Assembly: GCA_003446015.1 (NCBI GenBank)
Contig: DMBU01000054.1
Span: 1,121 to 65,120, forward strand
Length of the DNA: 64,000 bases
Origin: Bacteroidales bacterium
Lineage (GTDB): Bacteria; Bacteroidota; Bacteroidia; Bacteroidales; UBA12077
Direction of reading: 5' to 3'
The notes beneath the pieces were generated by a model. The model did no database searches, had not been told where the DNA came from, and saw only the letters and a list, made by a program, of their open reading frames with translations. This document shows, piece after piece, positions 40,754-49,131 of the stretch (position 1 is its first letter; each line of letters opens with the position of its first letter). The position numbers and the translations under genes are program-made.

Positions 40754-41020
40754 TTTGTATGCTTGACTTGCTTTAAAATCTCGAATATAAGCGGAAATAA
40801 CTTTTAGAATTGTTTTCTTTTCTTCTTCTGGTAATTTATAAAGTTCTTTTAATCTGTTTTTATATTTGATTAAAGGATTGAAAAGAACACTAAAGAAATA
40901 AGGTCTTTTGTTTTTAATAGGAAGAAGGAGAGATCTTGAGTAAAAATGAAAGTCCTTAGAGGTGAGAAACAGGCTCTTCTCGATTCTTCTTCGAGATGTG
41001 CCTGTTGTGTTTTGAGCTAA
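40751..41020 (-). pseudogene. start-less open frame ending in a regulator-like C-terminal tail; probably a truncated gene remnant
   Basis: The reverse frame is open for ~89 codons with no ATG/GTG/TTG. It ends ...NPLIKYKNRLKELYKLPEEEKKTILKVISAYIRDFKASQAYK*, which resembles tails of small Bacteroidota HTH regulators. The upstream half runs through family A copy 3. Confidence 0.3.
40871..40996 (+). repeat. hairpin repeat element, family A copy 3
   Basis: A TAAAGGATTGAAAA lead-in, then stem AAGGTCTTTTGTTTTTA (40900-16) with TAAAAATGAAAGTCCTT (40941-57). The loop contains AGGAGAG. A second hairpin is TCTCGA/TCGAGA (40978-96). Confidence 0.6.
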
Positions 41021-41159
41021 TTAATAATTTAAAGAATCCTACTTTCTTTTCACATCTTAAGATGGATAATTTTCTTATATACTGCAACATAAGATATCGT
41101 ATTAAGGTTAGTAAGAAATCTTATGTTGCATAGTCTTTTAAAACAAAGAGGATAGGTCA

Positions 41160-41672
41160 TTACCCTAAACTATTAAATTGATTTTGATAGTGTTTCACTA
41201 ATTTCTTATCAATTTTATAATTGGTTATACCAGGTTGCATTTCACTAATAAATTTTTCAAATAATAATTTTGCTTGTGTATTATTATTCGTTGGAATATC
41301 TTTTTTAATTTCAATATTACCTTTATCTAATTTATCTAATCTATCAAGAATTAATTGTAAATCATTTTTTATTGGTGCGCTTTTCCGTAAATATTCAACA
41401 AACGTATTTGTTACTTCATCTACTTGGTTAAGCATCGGAAGTAATTTAGTTTTCTCATGAGTTCGAATAAATGAAATAACTGTATCTTTCATTTTCTTTA
41501 CTTCTCCTGAAATTGATTGAATTTTATCTAAGGGATCTAAACCCGTTTCAGTAAAATAATTTAATGCTGATTCTATATAATCTTTTTCTGTTTTAAGATC
41601 ACTTACAGCTAATAATTTGCTTAAAATTTCTTTGTAATTTTCGCCTATGCGAATAGATTTATATTTACTCAT
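41160..41672 (-). CDS. hypothetical protein, possibly a ribbon-helix-helix relaxosome-accessory-like protein
   Basis: 170-aa ORF. The N-terminal KSIRIGENYKEILSKLL looks like a strand-helix RHH start and the rest is coiled-coil-like. Sits downstream of a palindrome-rich region. Confidence 0.4.
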   Translation of the reverse strand: MSKYKSIRIGENYKEILSKLLAVSDLKTEKDYIESALNYFTETGLDPLDKIQSISGEVKKMKDTVISFIRTHEKTKLLPMLNQVDEVTNTFVEYLRKSAPIKNDLQLILDRLDKLDKGNIEIKKDIPTNNNTQAKLLFEKFISEMQPGITNYKIDKKLVKHYQNQFNSLG

Positions 41673-41834
41673 TTTTACTAAATTTTAGTGATTGTTACAT
41701 ATTATGTTACAGTAATATATTTATATACCAGAATGTTAAGAGTGCACAGTTACATGTTTATGTAACAATTGGGTTTTTTAAGTAAACGATAGTTTACACA
41801 TTTATAAGCTGTTAAGCTATAAATCAAGCTTTAC

Positions 41835-41855
41835 GGATCGGACTCTGTCCGATCC
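41835..41855. promoter_or_regulatory. perfect 9-bp-stem palindrome in an oriT-like intergenic region
   Basis: GGATCGGAC-TCT-GTCCGATCC. A nearby CCCCC-TAA-GGGGG palindrome lies at ~41953-41965, and TTACGGA motifs recur at ~41830, 41869 and 42054. Confidence 0.3.
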
Positions 41856-41965
41856 CTGCTTGCTTATCCTTACGGAAAACTTTTTCTTCGATAAACCCTA
41901 GCAAAAAAAGAACGTTTTATTTGGTCAAACTTCGTTTGTATTATCCCCCTAACCCCCTAAGGGGG

Positions 41966-41998
41966 AAATTGGATTTTCGGAGCATTCAGGACAAAGAA
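41966..41998. repeat. right arm of the ~33-bp imperfect inverted repeat (partner at 26584-26616)
   Basis: GAGCATTCAGGACAAAGAA (41980-41998) is the exact reverse complement of 26584-26602. Confidence 0.7.
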
Positions 41999-42062
41999 AT
42001 CACAAACAGAATATTCTGAGTCCTTCACTCCTGATAAGCCACCATCCCCGAATTTACGGAGT

Positions 42063-42144
42063 GCTGTCAAGACTTTAGGCAAAAAAATACTACCCGAATG
42101 GGTGGAGATTTTTTTGTCTAAACCGTAGGCTTGGTCTTTACAGC
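42063..42144 (+). repeat. nested-stem structured element, family B copy 2
   Basis: GCTGTCAAGAC pairs with GTCTTTACAGC. Inside, a long hairpin TTTAGGCAAAAAAAT...ATTTTTTTGTCTAAA closes on ACCC-GAAT-GGGT. It shares the GTCAAGAC...CTTGGTCTTKAC frame with 24644-24726. Confidence 0.5.
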
Positions 42145-42199
42145 TAATGGAGTAAATTGGGATATTTGCTTTCAGGATGAATGAAATTAATTTATAAAT

Positions 42200-42766
42200 C
42201 TATGTATCTGTTTTATTGATTTTTTTAATTAACTGAGAATAATTCGGCGAATTTTTTAAACATCTCAATATCAAGGATGCTTTGTCATTAATATTTAAAT
42301 TATCCTTTTCCTTTAAATCATTTTGCCTGAAAATGTATTCTGTTCTTTCTTGGGCATAATCCTTAAAGAAAGAATAAACAATTGTTCCGTCAATACTTTG
42401 ATAAAGTGTTCCAAGAGATCCTTTTTTAATCCTTACAAAAATTAAATTAATTTCTGACAGCTTTAAGAAATTGAAATCCGAAAATAGATAAAAAGCAGTT
42501 TCAGAAATTTGATTTGGATTAAATTTTCTTACAAGATTTAAAAAATCATTAAGATTATAAAGCCAACTTTCAAGATAAGCTAAGACAAAATCTTCACTAT
42601 ATATTTTCTTTATGCTCAAAAGCGAAGGGGAAATTTCATTTAGAAAAGCTTCTTTAACTGTTTTAATTTCTCGATATTCCTTTTGGCATTTAGAAACAGA
42701 AAAATGCTTTATAAATTCATCTTTTGATAATTTGCTGACAGCGAAATTAGTAGCTTGTTTATCCAT
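42200..42766 (-). CDS. hypothetical protein (island backbone)
   Basis: 188-aa ORF overlapping the upstream gene's stop by 8 nt. No recognisable motif. Confidence 0.5.
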   Translation of the reverse strand: MDKQATNFAVSKLSKDEFIKHFSVSKCQKEYREIKTVKEAFLNEISPSLLSIKKIYSEDFVLAYLESWLYNLNDFLNLVRKFNPNQISETAFYLFSDFNFLKLSEINLIFVRIKKGSLGTLYQSIDGTIVYSFFKDYAQERTEYIFRQNDLKEKDNLNINDKASLILRCLKNSPNYSQLIKKINKTDT

Positions 42767-43757
42767 TGATCATTCTATTTAAAACATTTTTTTTACCTTC
42801 ATCAATTTCTAAATCAATAATAAGCTTTGATCTATTTCGTTTGTTCTCGTGTTGTTGTAATTTACTTTCAAAGTTTTCAGATATCCATATTCCGTCTTTA
42901 TAATCTCTTTCCGGTGTTCCAATAAATTTTGCAACGCTGTGTAAAACTTGGGATGTAACTTGCTTATATTTTATGTAGTAAGTGAAGTTTTTGTTAAAAG
43001 TTTCTAACTGATTATTATAATTTAGATGATCGACAAAGAGTTTTATTCTTGTAAACAGTTGAGAATTGTTTAGTTCTTTGGTGCCAAAAAAGCGCTGAAT
43101 ATCATCTATAACATTTTGAGACAATTCAGCGGAATTCTGATTTGTTTTAACCGTATATTGGATCTCAAAATTTATTTGAGATAGGTCTTGACTAAGCAAA
43201 AGTTCAAATTTTTCAATAAATACTGTTTTTAGATTCTTTAGCATTAATTTTTGATCTTCAGTCTTTAATTTTTGAAAATTTTCAAAATCATTTTTTTCTA
43301 AAAAAATTTCTAAAGTGTTGTTAAGTTTATGGTTTAAATGTTTATATGTTTTATTATATATATCATTGCTCTGCTCTTGTTCTGATATGGTATTGATTTC
43401 GCAATGATTTAGTAGTGATTTTGTTTTATTGACAAATCGTTTATCAATCTCAATTACATCGTATGGGATGAATTGATTTGATGCATAACTATGAATTTTT
43501 ATGGCTTTCCATTTTTCAAGATCTTCAAGAACTTTCTTATATGTTCTTTGCGTTCCAATACCTGTAATTTTTAAGAGTTTTTCTCTAGAAATTTCAATCT
43601 TGGTTGCCCAATTACATTCATTTGATATTTCACCAAAATATATAAATGTAGAAATGTGACTAGCTTTAACTTCTGGGTTCTCTGAAGAAAATGAAAGAAT
43701 GCTTTTGGTTACTTTATAACCTGTGATTTTTTCATTATTTTTGTACATATATTTCAA
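42759..43757 (-). CDS. hypothetical protein, possibly a winged-helix replication/initiation-type protein
   Basis: 332-aa ORF. The N-terminal region ISREKLLKITGIGTQRTYKKVLEDLEKWKAIKI looks like a wHTH. It follows the Xis-like gene, as rep/primase genes do in small integrative elements. Confidence 0.4.
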   Translation of the reverse strand: MKYMYKNNEKITGYKVTKSILSFSSENPEVKASHISTFIYFGEISNECNWATKIEISREKLLKITGIGTQRTYKKVLEDLEKWKAIKIHSYASNQFIPYDVIEIDKRFVNKTKSLLNHCEINTISEQEQSNDIYNKTYKHLNHKLNNTLEIFLEKNDFENFQKLKTEDQKLMLKNLKTVFIEKFELLLSQDLSQINFEIQYTVKTNQNSAELSQNVIDDIQRFFGTKELNNSQLFTRIKLFVDHLNYNNQLETFNKNFTYYIKYKQVTSQVLHSVAKFIGTPERDYKDGIWISENFESKLQQHENKRNRSKLIIDLEIDEGKKNVLNRMING

Positions 43758-43811
43758 TTTTTAAATTGAATATAAAAGCATTAAGTGAAGCCCTTGCTGC
43801 AACAAGGGCTT

Positions 43812-44024
43812 TTATATTAGCTGTTTTTGTCTTTCCATGTAATCTTGCAGTTCCCTAGCGCTTATCCGTGACCCTGCTTGTAATTTATATTTGTGGATTT
43901 CGCCAGATCGGAAAAGATTGTAGATTGTGGTGCGACTGCAGCTAAGCATTATTCGGGCTTCTTGAATGGTTAAAAACTCTTCAAGTGTGGAATGAGTTTT
44001 TCTAGTTTTTACATCTGTGTTCAT
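43812..44024 (-). CDS. excisionase/AlpA-like helix-turn-helix DNA-binding protein
   Basis: 70-aa ORF. LTIQEARIMLSCSRTTIYNLFRSGEIHKYKL fits the MerR/Xis-type HTH_17 pattern. Confidence 0.65.
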   Translation of the reverse strand: MNTDVKTRKTHSTLEEFLTIQEARIMLSCSRTTIYNLFRSGEIHKYKLQAGSRISARELQDYMERQKQLI

Positions 44025-44154
44025 AGCAATTTATTTTAGTTTATTAATAATTGTTTCTGACCACAAGTGTAAAGATGATTAACATTCATATCAATACCCG
44101 TGTATGATATATTAAGAAAATGGTATGATAAATTATAAAAAAGGTATGATGTTT

Positions 44155-44955
44155 TTAGCTAAAATCAATTTGTGAAAAATGTTTCTTAAATTTATTTTGG
44201 TTTAATTTATCAAAAACGTGCCTAGCGCCATCTTCAAAATCTATTTCTTTGAAAAACCTATAGATTTTTACACCGCTTCTATACACTGCTTTTGGTTTGA
44301 AGTTTTCGGTACCCGTAAAAAATGGGCTTTTGTAAATATATTTAGTGTTAAGTTTTTTTTGAATAAATGGCAGCAATAAATTATTCCAGCATTCTTTATT
44401 AGCTAGTTCAGTATCATTTTTAGGTAAAAATATTTTCATTTCTATTGCAAGAGACCCTAGTCTTGAAGCATCTTGATGATTTCTTTCATTTGGCTTACAC
44501 CAGGTAATTCCTTTAGCAATTATTTGACTAGCTAATTGTCGTTTAATATTAGGATTTAAATAGCTTTTTAATGTACCACTTTGTAATTCATCAAAGTATT
44601 GAATGATTGTTGATGTATCAGTATTTTTCTCCACGGCAATTAATAAAATTTCAGGATAAGACTCATAAACATTCTGCCAGTACTCATATCCAATTTTATT
44701 CCTAAATAAAGTTGCTATTACAAAACCACTTTTTTGAATAAGAAATTTTTTTATGATTTGATTATTTTTTTCTTTTGATCGGTTAAAGAAATGGATTAAA
44801 GAAAGGTAAATTAATTTTTTCTGTTTAAAGAAATATCTAAATTGGATTTTTATGAATTTTCTTTCTGTTATTGTTATTCCTATAATTAATATTGCAGAAA
44901 GTGTCAAAACAATTATTGCAGAGATATTAATTTTAAGAAGATTTGTATAATTCAT
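44155..44955 (-). CDS. hypothetical membrane-anchored protein (island backbone)
   Basis: The ATG at 44955 (MNYTNLLKINISAIIVLTLSAILIIGI) gives one N-terminal TM helix. The track start at 45024 would run through the putative arm site. Confidence 0.5.
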   Translation of the reverse strand: MNYTNLLKINISAIIVLTLSAILIIGITITERKFIKIQFRYFFKQKKLIYLSLIHFFNRSKEKNNQIIKKFLIQKSGFVIATLFRNKIGYEYWQNVYESYPEILLIAVEKNTDTSTIIQYFDELQSGTLKSYLNPNIKRQLASQIIAKGITWCKPNERNHQDASRLGSLAIEMKIFLPKNDTELANKECWNNLLLPFIQKKLNTKYIYKSPFFTGTENFKPKAVYRSGVKIYRFFKEIDFEDGARHVFDKLNQNKFKKHFSQIDFS

Positions 44956-45040
44956 ATTATTAAAAATTAAAATTATTGGGTGCAAAAACGGGGGCAAATA
45001 AGAGCCCCCTGAATGCAACATCATAATAATGAATTACTTA

Positions 45041-45064
45041 AAGTGACCCAGGGAGGACTCGAAC
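45041..45064. repeat. island attachment-site repeat (right), overlapping the tRNA-Arg 3' end
   Basis: Identical to 11547-11570. Positions 45044-45064 are the last 21 nt of the tRNA. Confidence 0.85.
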
Positions 45065-45116
45065 CCCCAACCCTCAGAGCCGAAATCTGATGTTCTATCC
45101 ATTGAACTACTGGGCC
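45044..45116 (-). tRNA. tRNA-Arg (anticodon UCG)
   Basis: The 73-nt reverse complement folds as a cloverleaf. Acceptor GGCCCAG/CTGGGTC, D-stem GTTC/GAAC, anticodon stem TCAGA/TCTGA with loop TTTCGGC, and T-arm GGGGG-TTCGAGT-CCTCC. Confidence 0.9.
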
Positions 45117-45441
45117 ATTAAGATTGCAAATTTAAAAAAATAATTCACTCCTGATACATTTTTTTCTGAATAACACAAAAAGGTAGTTATCCCTCATCAT
45201 CGTTAAAATCAAGATGCCAAAGCTAAATATCGGATATCTAATCTTATACAAAAGAAATTCTTTACTAGCCGGGATCAACGACTTGTTAAAGCTTATACAG
45301 AAAATATGATCAAACAATCAAATTTTAAGAATAAATTAAAACCTGATTCATAGTCGAGTTAATTAACTCTGATTACCATTAATTGATAAACTTTTTCTAA
45401 TTTCGCAGTTTGAAAAAACAATCTTTTTAAGAATATATATT

Positions 45442-48225
45442 ATGGAATATAATTTCAGAGATATTGAGCAAAAATGGCAAAAGTTTTGGGACGAAAAAAG
45501 GACTTATAAAGCTGAAATTGATAAATCAAAACCTAAGTATTATGTATTAGATATGTTTCCATATCCATCAGGAGCTGGATTGCATGTAGGACATCCACTG
45601 GGATACATTGCTTCTGATATCTATTCACGTTACAAAAGATTAAATGGCTTTAATGTGTTGCATCCTATGGGATATGATGCCTTTGGATTGCCTGCCGAAC
45701 AATATGCAATTCAAACAGGCCAGCATCCTGCCATTACCACAGATCAGAATATTAAAAGATATAAAAAACAACTTGAGAAGATCGGATTTTCTTACGATTG
45801 GGATAGGGAAATACGAACGTGTGACCCTGAATATTATAAATGGACTCAATGGGTTTTTATTGAACTTTTTGAGCATTGGTATAACACTAAAACACAAAAA
45901 GCAGAGCCAGTTTCAGAATTAATTAAAATATTTGAAAAAGAAGGAAATAAAAAAATAGAAGCAGCTACCGATGAAATCGTGTTTTTTTCTGCAGACCAAT
46001 GGAAAACTAAGTCAGAAAAAGAAAAGCAGCTTATCCTGTTAAATTACCGTTTGGCTTATTTGGCAGATACGTTGGTAAATTGGTGTCCCGAATTAGGAAC
46101 TGTTTTGGCCAACGACGAAGTAAAGGAAGGCTTTTCTGTTCGCGGAGGATTCCCCGTTGAGCAAAAGAAAATGAAACAATGGTCATTACGAATTTCTGCA
46201 TATGCCGAAAGATTATTAAATGATCTTGAAAAACTTGAATGGACCGATTCGCTGAAAGAAATACAACGTAACTGGATTGGACGTTCGGAGGGTGCTGAAA
46301 TGAAGTTTAAGGTCAAGGGTCAGGATCTTGAGATGGAAATCTTTACAACCCGCCCTGATACAAGCTGGGGAGTGACTTTTATGGTGCTGGCTCCCGAAAG
46401 CGAGTTAGTGGGTAAGGTAACAACGCCCGAATATAAAAACGACATAGAAAACTACATTCAGGAAACAAAAAAGAGATCGGAAAGGGAACGTATTGCCGAC
46501 GCAAAAACAGTTAGTGGTCAGTTCACCGGAGGATATGCAATTAATCCATTTACGAATCAGGAAATCCCTATTTATATTAGTGATTATGTTTTAATGGGAT
46601 ATGGAACAGGAGCTATTATGGCAGTTCCGGGTCATGATACCAGAGATTTTAAATTCGCACGACATTTCAACCTACCCATTATTCAGGTAGTGGTTAAGGA
46701 AGGTGAGAGCGAAACCAACCCGGCTAACTGGGATGATTCATACGACTCCAAAGAAGGTAAAATGATTAATTCGGGGTTTATTAATGATCTTGATGTAAAA
46801 AATGCCATTGAAAAAACAATTCAATATATCGAGGAAAAGGGTATTGGGAACCGCAAAGTTAATTTCAGATTGCGTGATGCTATTTTTAGTCGTCAACGTT
46901 ATTGGGGAGAACCTTTTCCTGTATATTTTAAAGAAGGTATTCCTTATCCCTTAAAAAAGGACAGCTTACCTTTAGAATTACCCGAAGTGGACGTGTTTTT
47001 ACCAACCGAAAAAGGTGATCCTCCGTTGGGAAGAGCTAAGAATTGGCATACTGAAGATGGATATCCATTTGAAATGAGCACAATGCCTGGTTTTGCAGGT
47101 TCATCTGCTTATTATTTGCGTTACATGGATCCAAAAAATAATAATGCTTTAGTTTCAAAAGAATCCAATGAGTACTGGCAGGATGTTGATTTATATATCG
47201 GAGGAACTGAGCATGCAACAGGCCACTTGGTTTACTCACGTTTTTGGAATAAGTTTTTATATGATATTGGTTGGGTTTGTAAAGACGAACCTTTCAAAAA
47301 ATTGATTAACCAGGGAATGATTCAGGGAAGATCAAACTTCGTTTATCGGGTTAAAGGAACAAAGAAGTTTGTTTCTCATAATTTAAAAAACGATTATGAT
47401 ATTACCCCAATTCATGTTGATGTAAATATTGTACATAATGATGTCCTTGATTTGGAAGCATTCAAAAACTGGAATCCTGAATATAAAAATGCAGAATTTA
47501 TTCTGGAAGGAGATAAATATATATGTGGTTATGCCGTTGAGAAAATGTCAAAGTCACTGTATAATGTGGTAAATCCTGACGATATCATTGAGAATTATGG
47601 AGCTGATACCTTAAGAATGTACGAGATGTTTCTAGGGCCTCTTGAGATGTCAAAGCCTTGGGATACAAACGGGATCGATGGTGTTCACAAATTCTTGCGT
47701 AAATTCTGGAGATTATTTCATGATGATCAAAATAATTTCAATATTTCTGAGGAAAAACCAACTAATGAAGAATTTAAGGTTTTACATAAAACTATTAAAA
47801 AGATTCAGGAGGATATTGAGAGATTTTCTTTTAATACTTCAGTAAGTGCATTTATGATTTGTGTTAACGAATTAAACGAATTAAAGTGTAACAAAAGAGA
47901 GATTATCGAACCTTTAACTATATTGTTATCGCCATTTGCACCCCATATTGCAGAAGAATTATGGCAGCTTTGTGGTCATGAAAATACCATAACCTATGCC
48001 GATTTCCCTAATTATGAGGAAAAATATCTGGTTGAAAGCTCATTTGAATATCCTGTTTCATTTAACGGGAAGATGAGATTTAAACTAGATTTACCAATAG
48101 ATATTAATGCTAAAGAGGCTGAGAAGAAGGTTTTGTCTCATGAGCTGGCTCAAAAGTGGCTGGAAGGCAAAGCTCCAAAGAAAGTAATTTTTGTTCCTAA
48201 AAAGATTATTAATATTGTTATATAA
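45442..48225 (+). CDS. leuS: leucine--tRNA ligase
   Basis: 927-aa ORF with [16 protein letters not shown] (HIGH-type) and KMSKS (EKMSKSLYN) class I motifs, plus the LeuRS editing-domain layout. Confidence 0.95.
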   Translation: MEYNFRDIEQKWQKFWDEKRTYKAEIDKSKPKYYVLDMFPYPSGAGLHVGHPLGYIASDIYSRYKRLNGFNVLHPMGYDAFGLPAEQYAIQTGQHPAITTDQNIKRYKKQLEKIGFSYDWDREIRTCDPEYYKWTQWVFIELFEHWYNTKTQKAEPVSELIKIFEKEGNKKIEAATDEIVFFSADQWKTKSEKEKQLILLNYRLAYLADTLVNWCPELGTVLANDEVKEGFSVRGGFPVEQKKMKQWSLRISAYAERLLNDLEKLEWTDSLKEIQRNWIGRSEGAEMKFKVKGQDLEMEIFTTRPDTSWGVTFMVLAPESELVGKVTTPEYKNDIENYIQETKKRSERERIADAKTVSGQFTGGYAINPFTNQEIPIYISDYVLMGYGTGAIMAVPGHDTRDFKFARHFNLPIIQVVVKEGESETNPANWDDSYDSKEGKMINSGFINDLDVKNAIEKTIQYIEEKGIGNRKVNFRLRDAIFSRQRYWGEPFPVYFKEGIPYPLKKDSLPLELPEVDVFLPTEKGDPPLGRAKNWHTEDGYPFEMSTMPGFAGSSAYYLRYMDPKNNNALVSKESNEYWQDVDLYIGGTEHATGHLVYSRFWNKFLYDIGWVCKDEPFKKLINQGMIQGRSNFVYRVKGTKKFVSHNLKNDYDITPIHVDVNIVHNDVLDLEAFKNWNPEYKNAEFILEGDKYICGYAVEKMSKSLYNVVNPDDIIENYGADTLRMYEMFLGPLEMSKPWDTNGIDGVHKFLRKFWRLFHDDQNNFNISEEKPTNEEFKVLHKTIKKIQEDIERFSFNTSVSAFMICVNELNELKCNKREIIEPLTILLSPFAPHIAEELWQLCGHENTITYADFPNYEEKYLVESSFEYPVSFNGKMRFKLDLPIDINAKEAEKKVLSHELAQKWLEGKAPKKVIFVPKKIINIVI

Positions 48226-48241
48226 TCAAATCAAGAAGCAG

Positions 48242-49096
48242 ATGAAGAAATATTTTAAAACCCTGAAAGCCTACTCCATTATTACGCTTGGCCTTTTTAT
48301 AAATGCCTTAGGTTGGACCGCATTTCTAATTCCTGCAGAGATTACTGGAGGAGGAATTACAGGCGTGGCTACGTTAATCTTTTATGCAACAGAAATACCG
48401 GTTTGGATTCCGTATCTTATTATAAATACTTTCCTTATTTTAATAAGTATGAAAATCCTTGGAAAAAGTTTTGGTATTAAAACAATATATGCTACCGCTA
48501 CCTTAACATTGTTTTTTTCTATTTTACAAGGAATAATAGTTGAGCCAATAGTTACGGAAAATTTTATGTCGTCGGTAGTTGGAGGTATTTTAGCCGGAGC
48601 TGGTGTTGGTATTGTTTTTAGTCAGGGAGGCAGTACCGGAGGTACTGATATTATTGCCATGGTTATTAATAAATATAGAAATATTAGTCCTGGCAAGGTA
48701 ATCCTTTACGCCGATGTGTTAATTATTTCCTCATCATTTTTGATTTTTAAATCCATAGAAAAGATTGTTTATGGTTATGTTACAATGTCAATTACAGCTT
48801 ATACAATCGATTTAATCCTTACCGGAGCAAAGAGAACAGTTCAGATTTTTGTGTTCTCAAAAAACTATAATGAAATTGCAGATAAAATTGCGACGGAAAT
48901 GAGTCGGGGAATAACTCTTATTGATGGTACGGGCTGGTACACAAAAAATGAATCGAAAATATTAATGGTCCTGGTTAAGAAACAGGAGTCCAACGCTTTG
49001 CTTCGCATAGTAAAAGAGGTTGATCCTGATGCTTTTTTATCTGTAAATAGTGTTATGGGGGTTTACGGAAAGGGTTTTGATAGAATAAAAGCGTAA
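48242..49096 (+). CDS. YitT-family membrane protein (DUF2179 C-terminal domain)
   Basis: Polytopic N-terminal region with GGGITGVA and GGSTGGTDI motifs, plus a soluble C-terminal domain. The ATG at 48242 avoids the overlap with leuS that the track start at 48191 creates. Confidence 0.75.
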   Translation: MKKYFKTLKAYSIITLGLFINALGWTAFLIPAEITGGGITGVATLIFYATEIPVWIPYLIINTFLILISMKILGKSFGIKTIYATATLTLFFSILQGIIVEPIVTENFMSSVVGGILAGAGVGIVFSQGGSTGGTDIIAMVINKYRNISPGKVILYADVLIISSSFLIFKSIEKIVYGYVTMSITAYTIDLILTGAKRTVQIFVFSKNYNEIADKIATEMSRGITLIDGTGWYTKNESKILMVLVKKQESNALLRIVKEVDPDAFLSVNSVMGVYGKGFDRIKA

Positions 49097-49131
49097 ATAT
49101 TTGAATTTTAACAATTTATTTTATACTTTCG

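Larger units (their letters stand above)
11547..45064. mobile_element. ~33.5 kb integrative genomic island in the 3' end of tRNA-Arg(UCG), carrying defence-like and toxin cargo
   Basis: Exact 24-nt direct repeats at both ends. The integrase abuts the left repeat. Xis-like HTH and rep-like genes abut the tRNA end. The contents are all accessory, while both flanks are housekeeping. Confidence 0.8.

Noticed and set aside
41221-41460. 79-aa forward ORF
   Set aside because: It is antisense within the 170-aa backbone gene, and its hydrophobic nonsense composition is typical of the complement of a Lys/Glu-rich gene.
26584-41998. Classical composite or unit transposon bounded by the 33-bp inverted repeats
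   Set aside because: There is no transposase gene inside and no target-site duplication at the outer edges (TTTAA versus ATCAC).
43775-43811. AGCCCTTG/CAAGGGCT hairpin between the Xis-like gene and the 332-aa gene as a terminator
   Set aside because: On the coding (reverse) strand it is not followed by a T-run, and the two genes look co-transcribed. It is possibly an attenuator or a processing site, but I cannot support a call.
45132-45317. 61-aa reverse-strand ORF between tRNA-Arg and leuS
   Set aside because: It has no promoter or terminator context and no recognisable motif, and it sits in the leuS upstream region. I treat it as non-coding.
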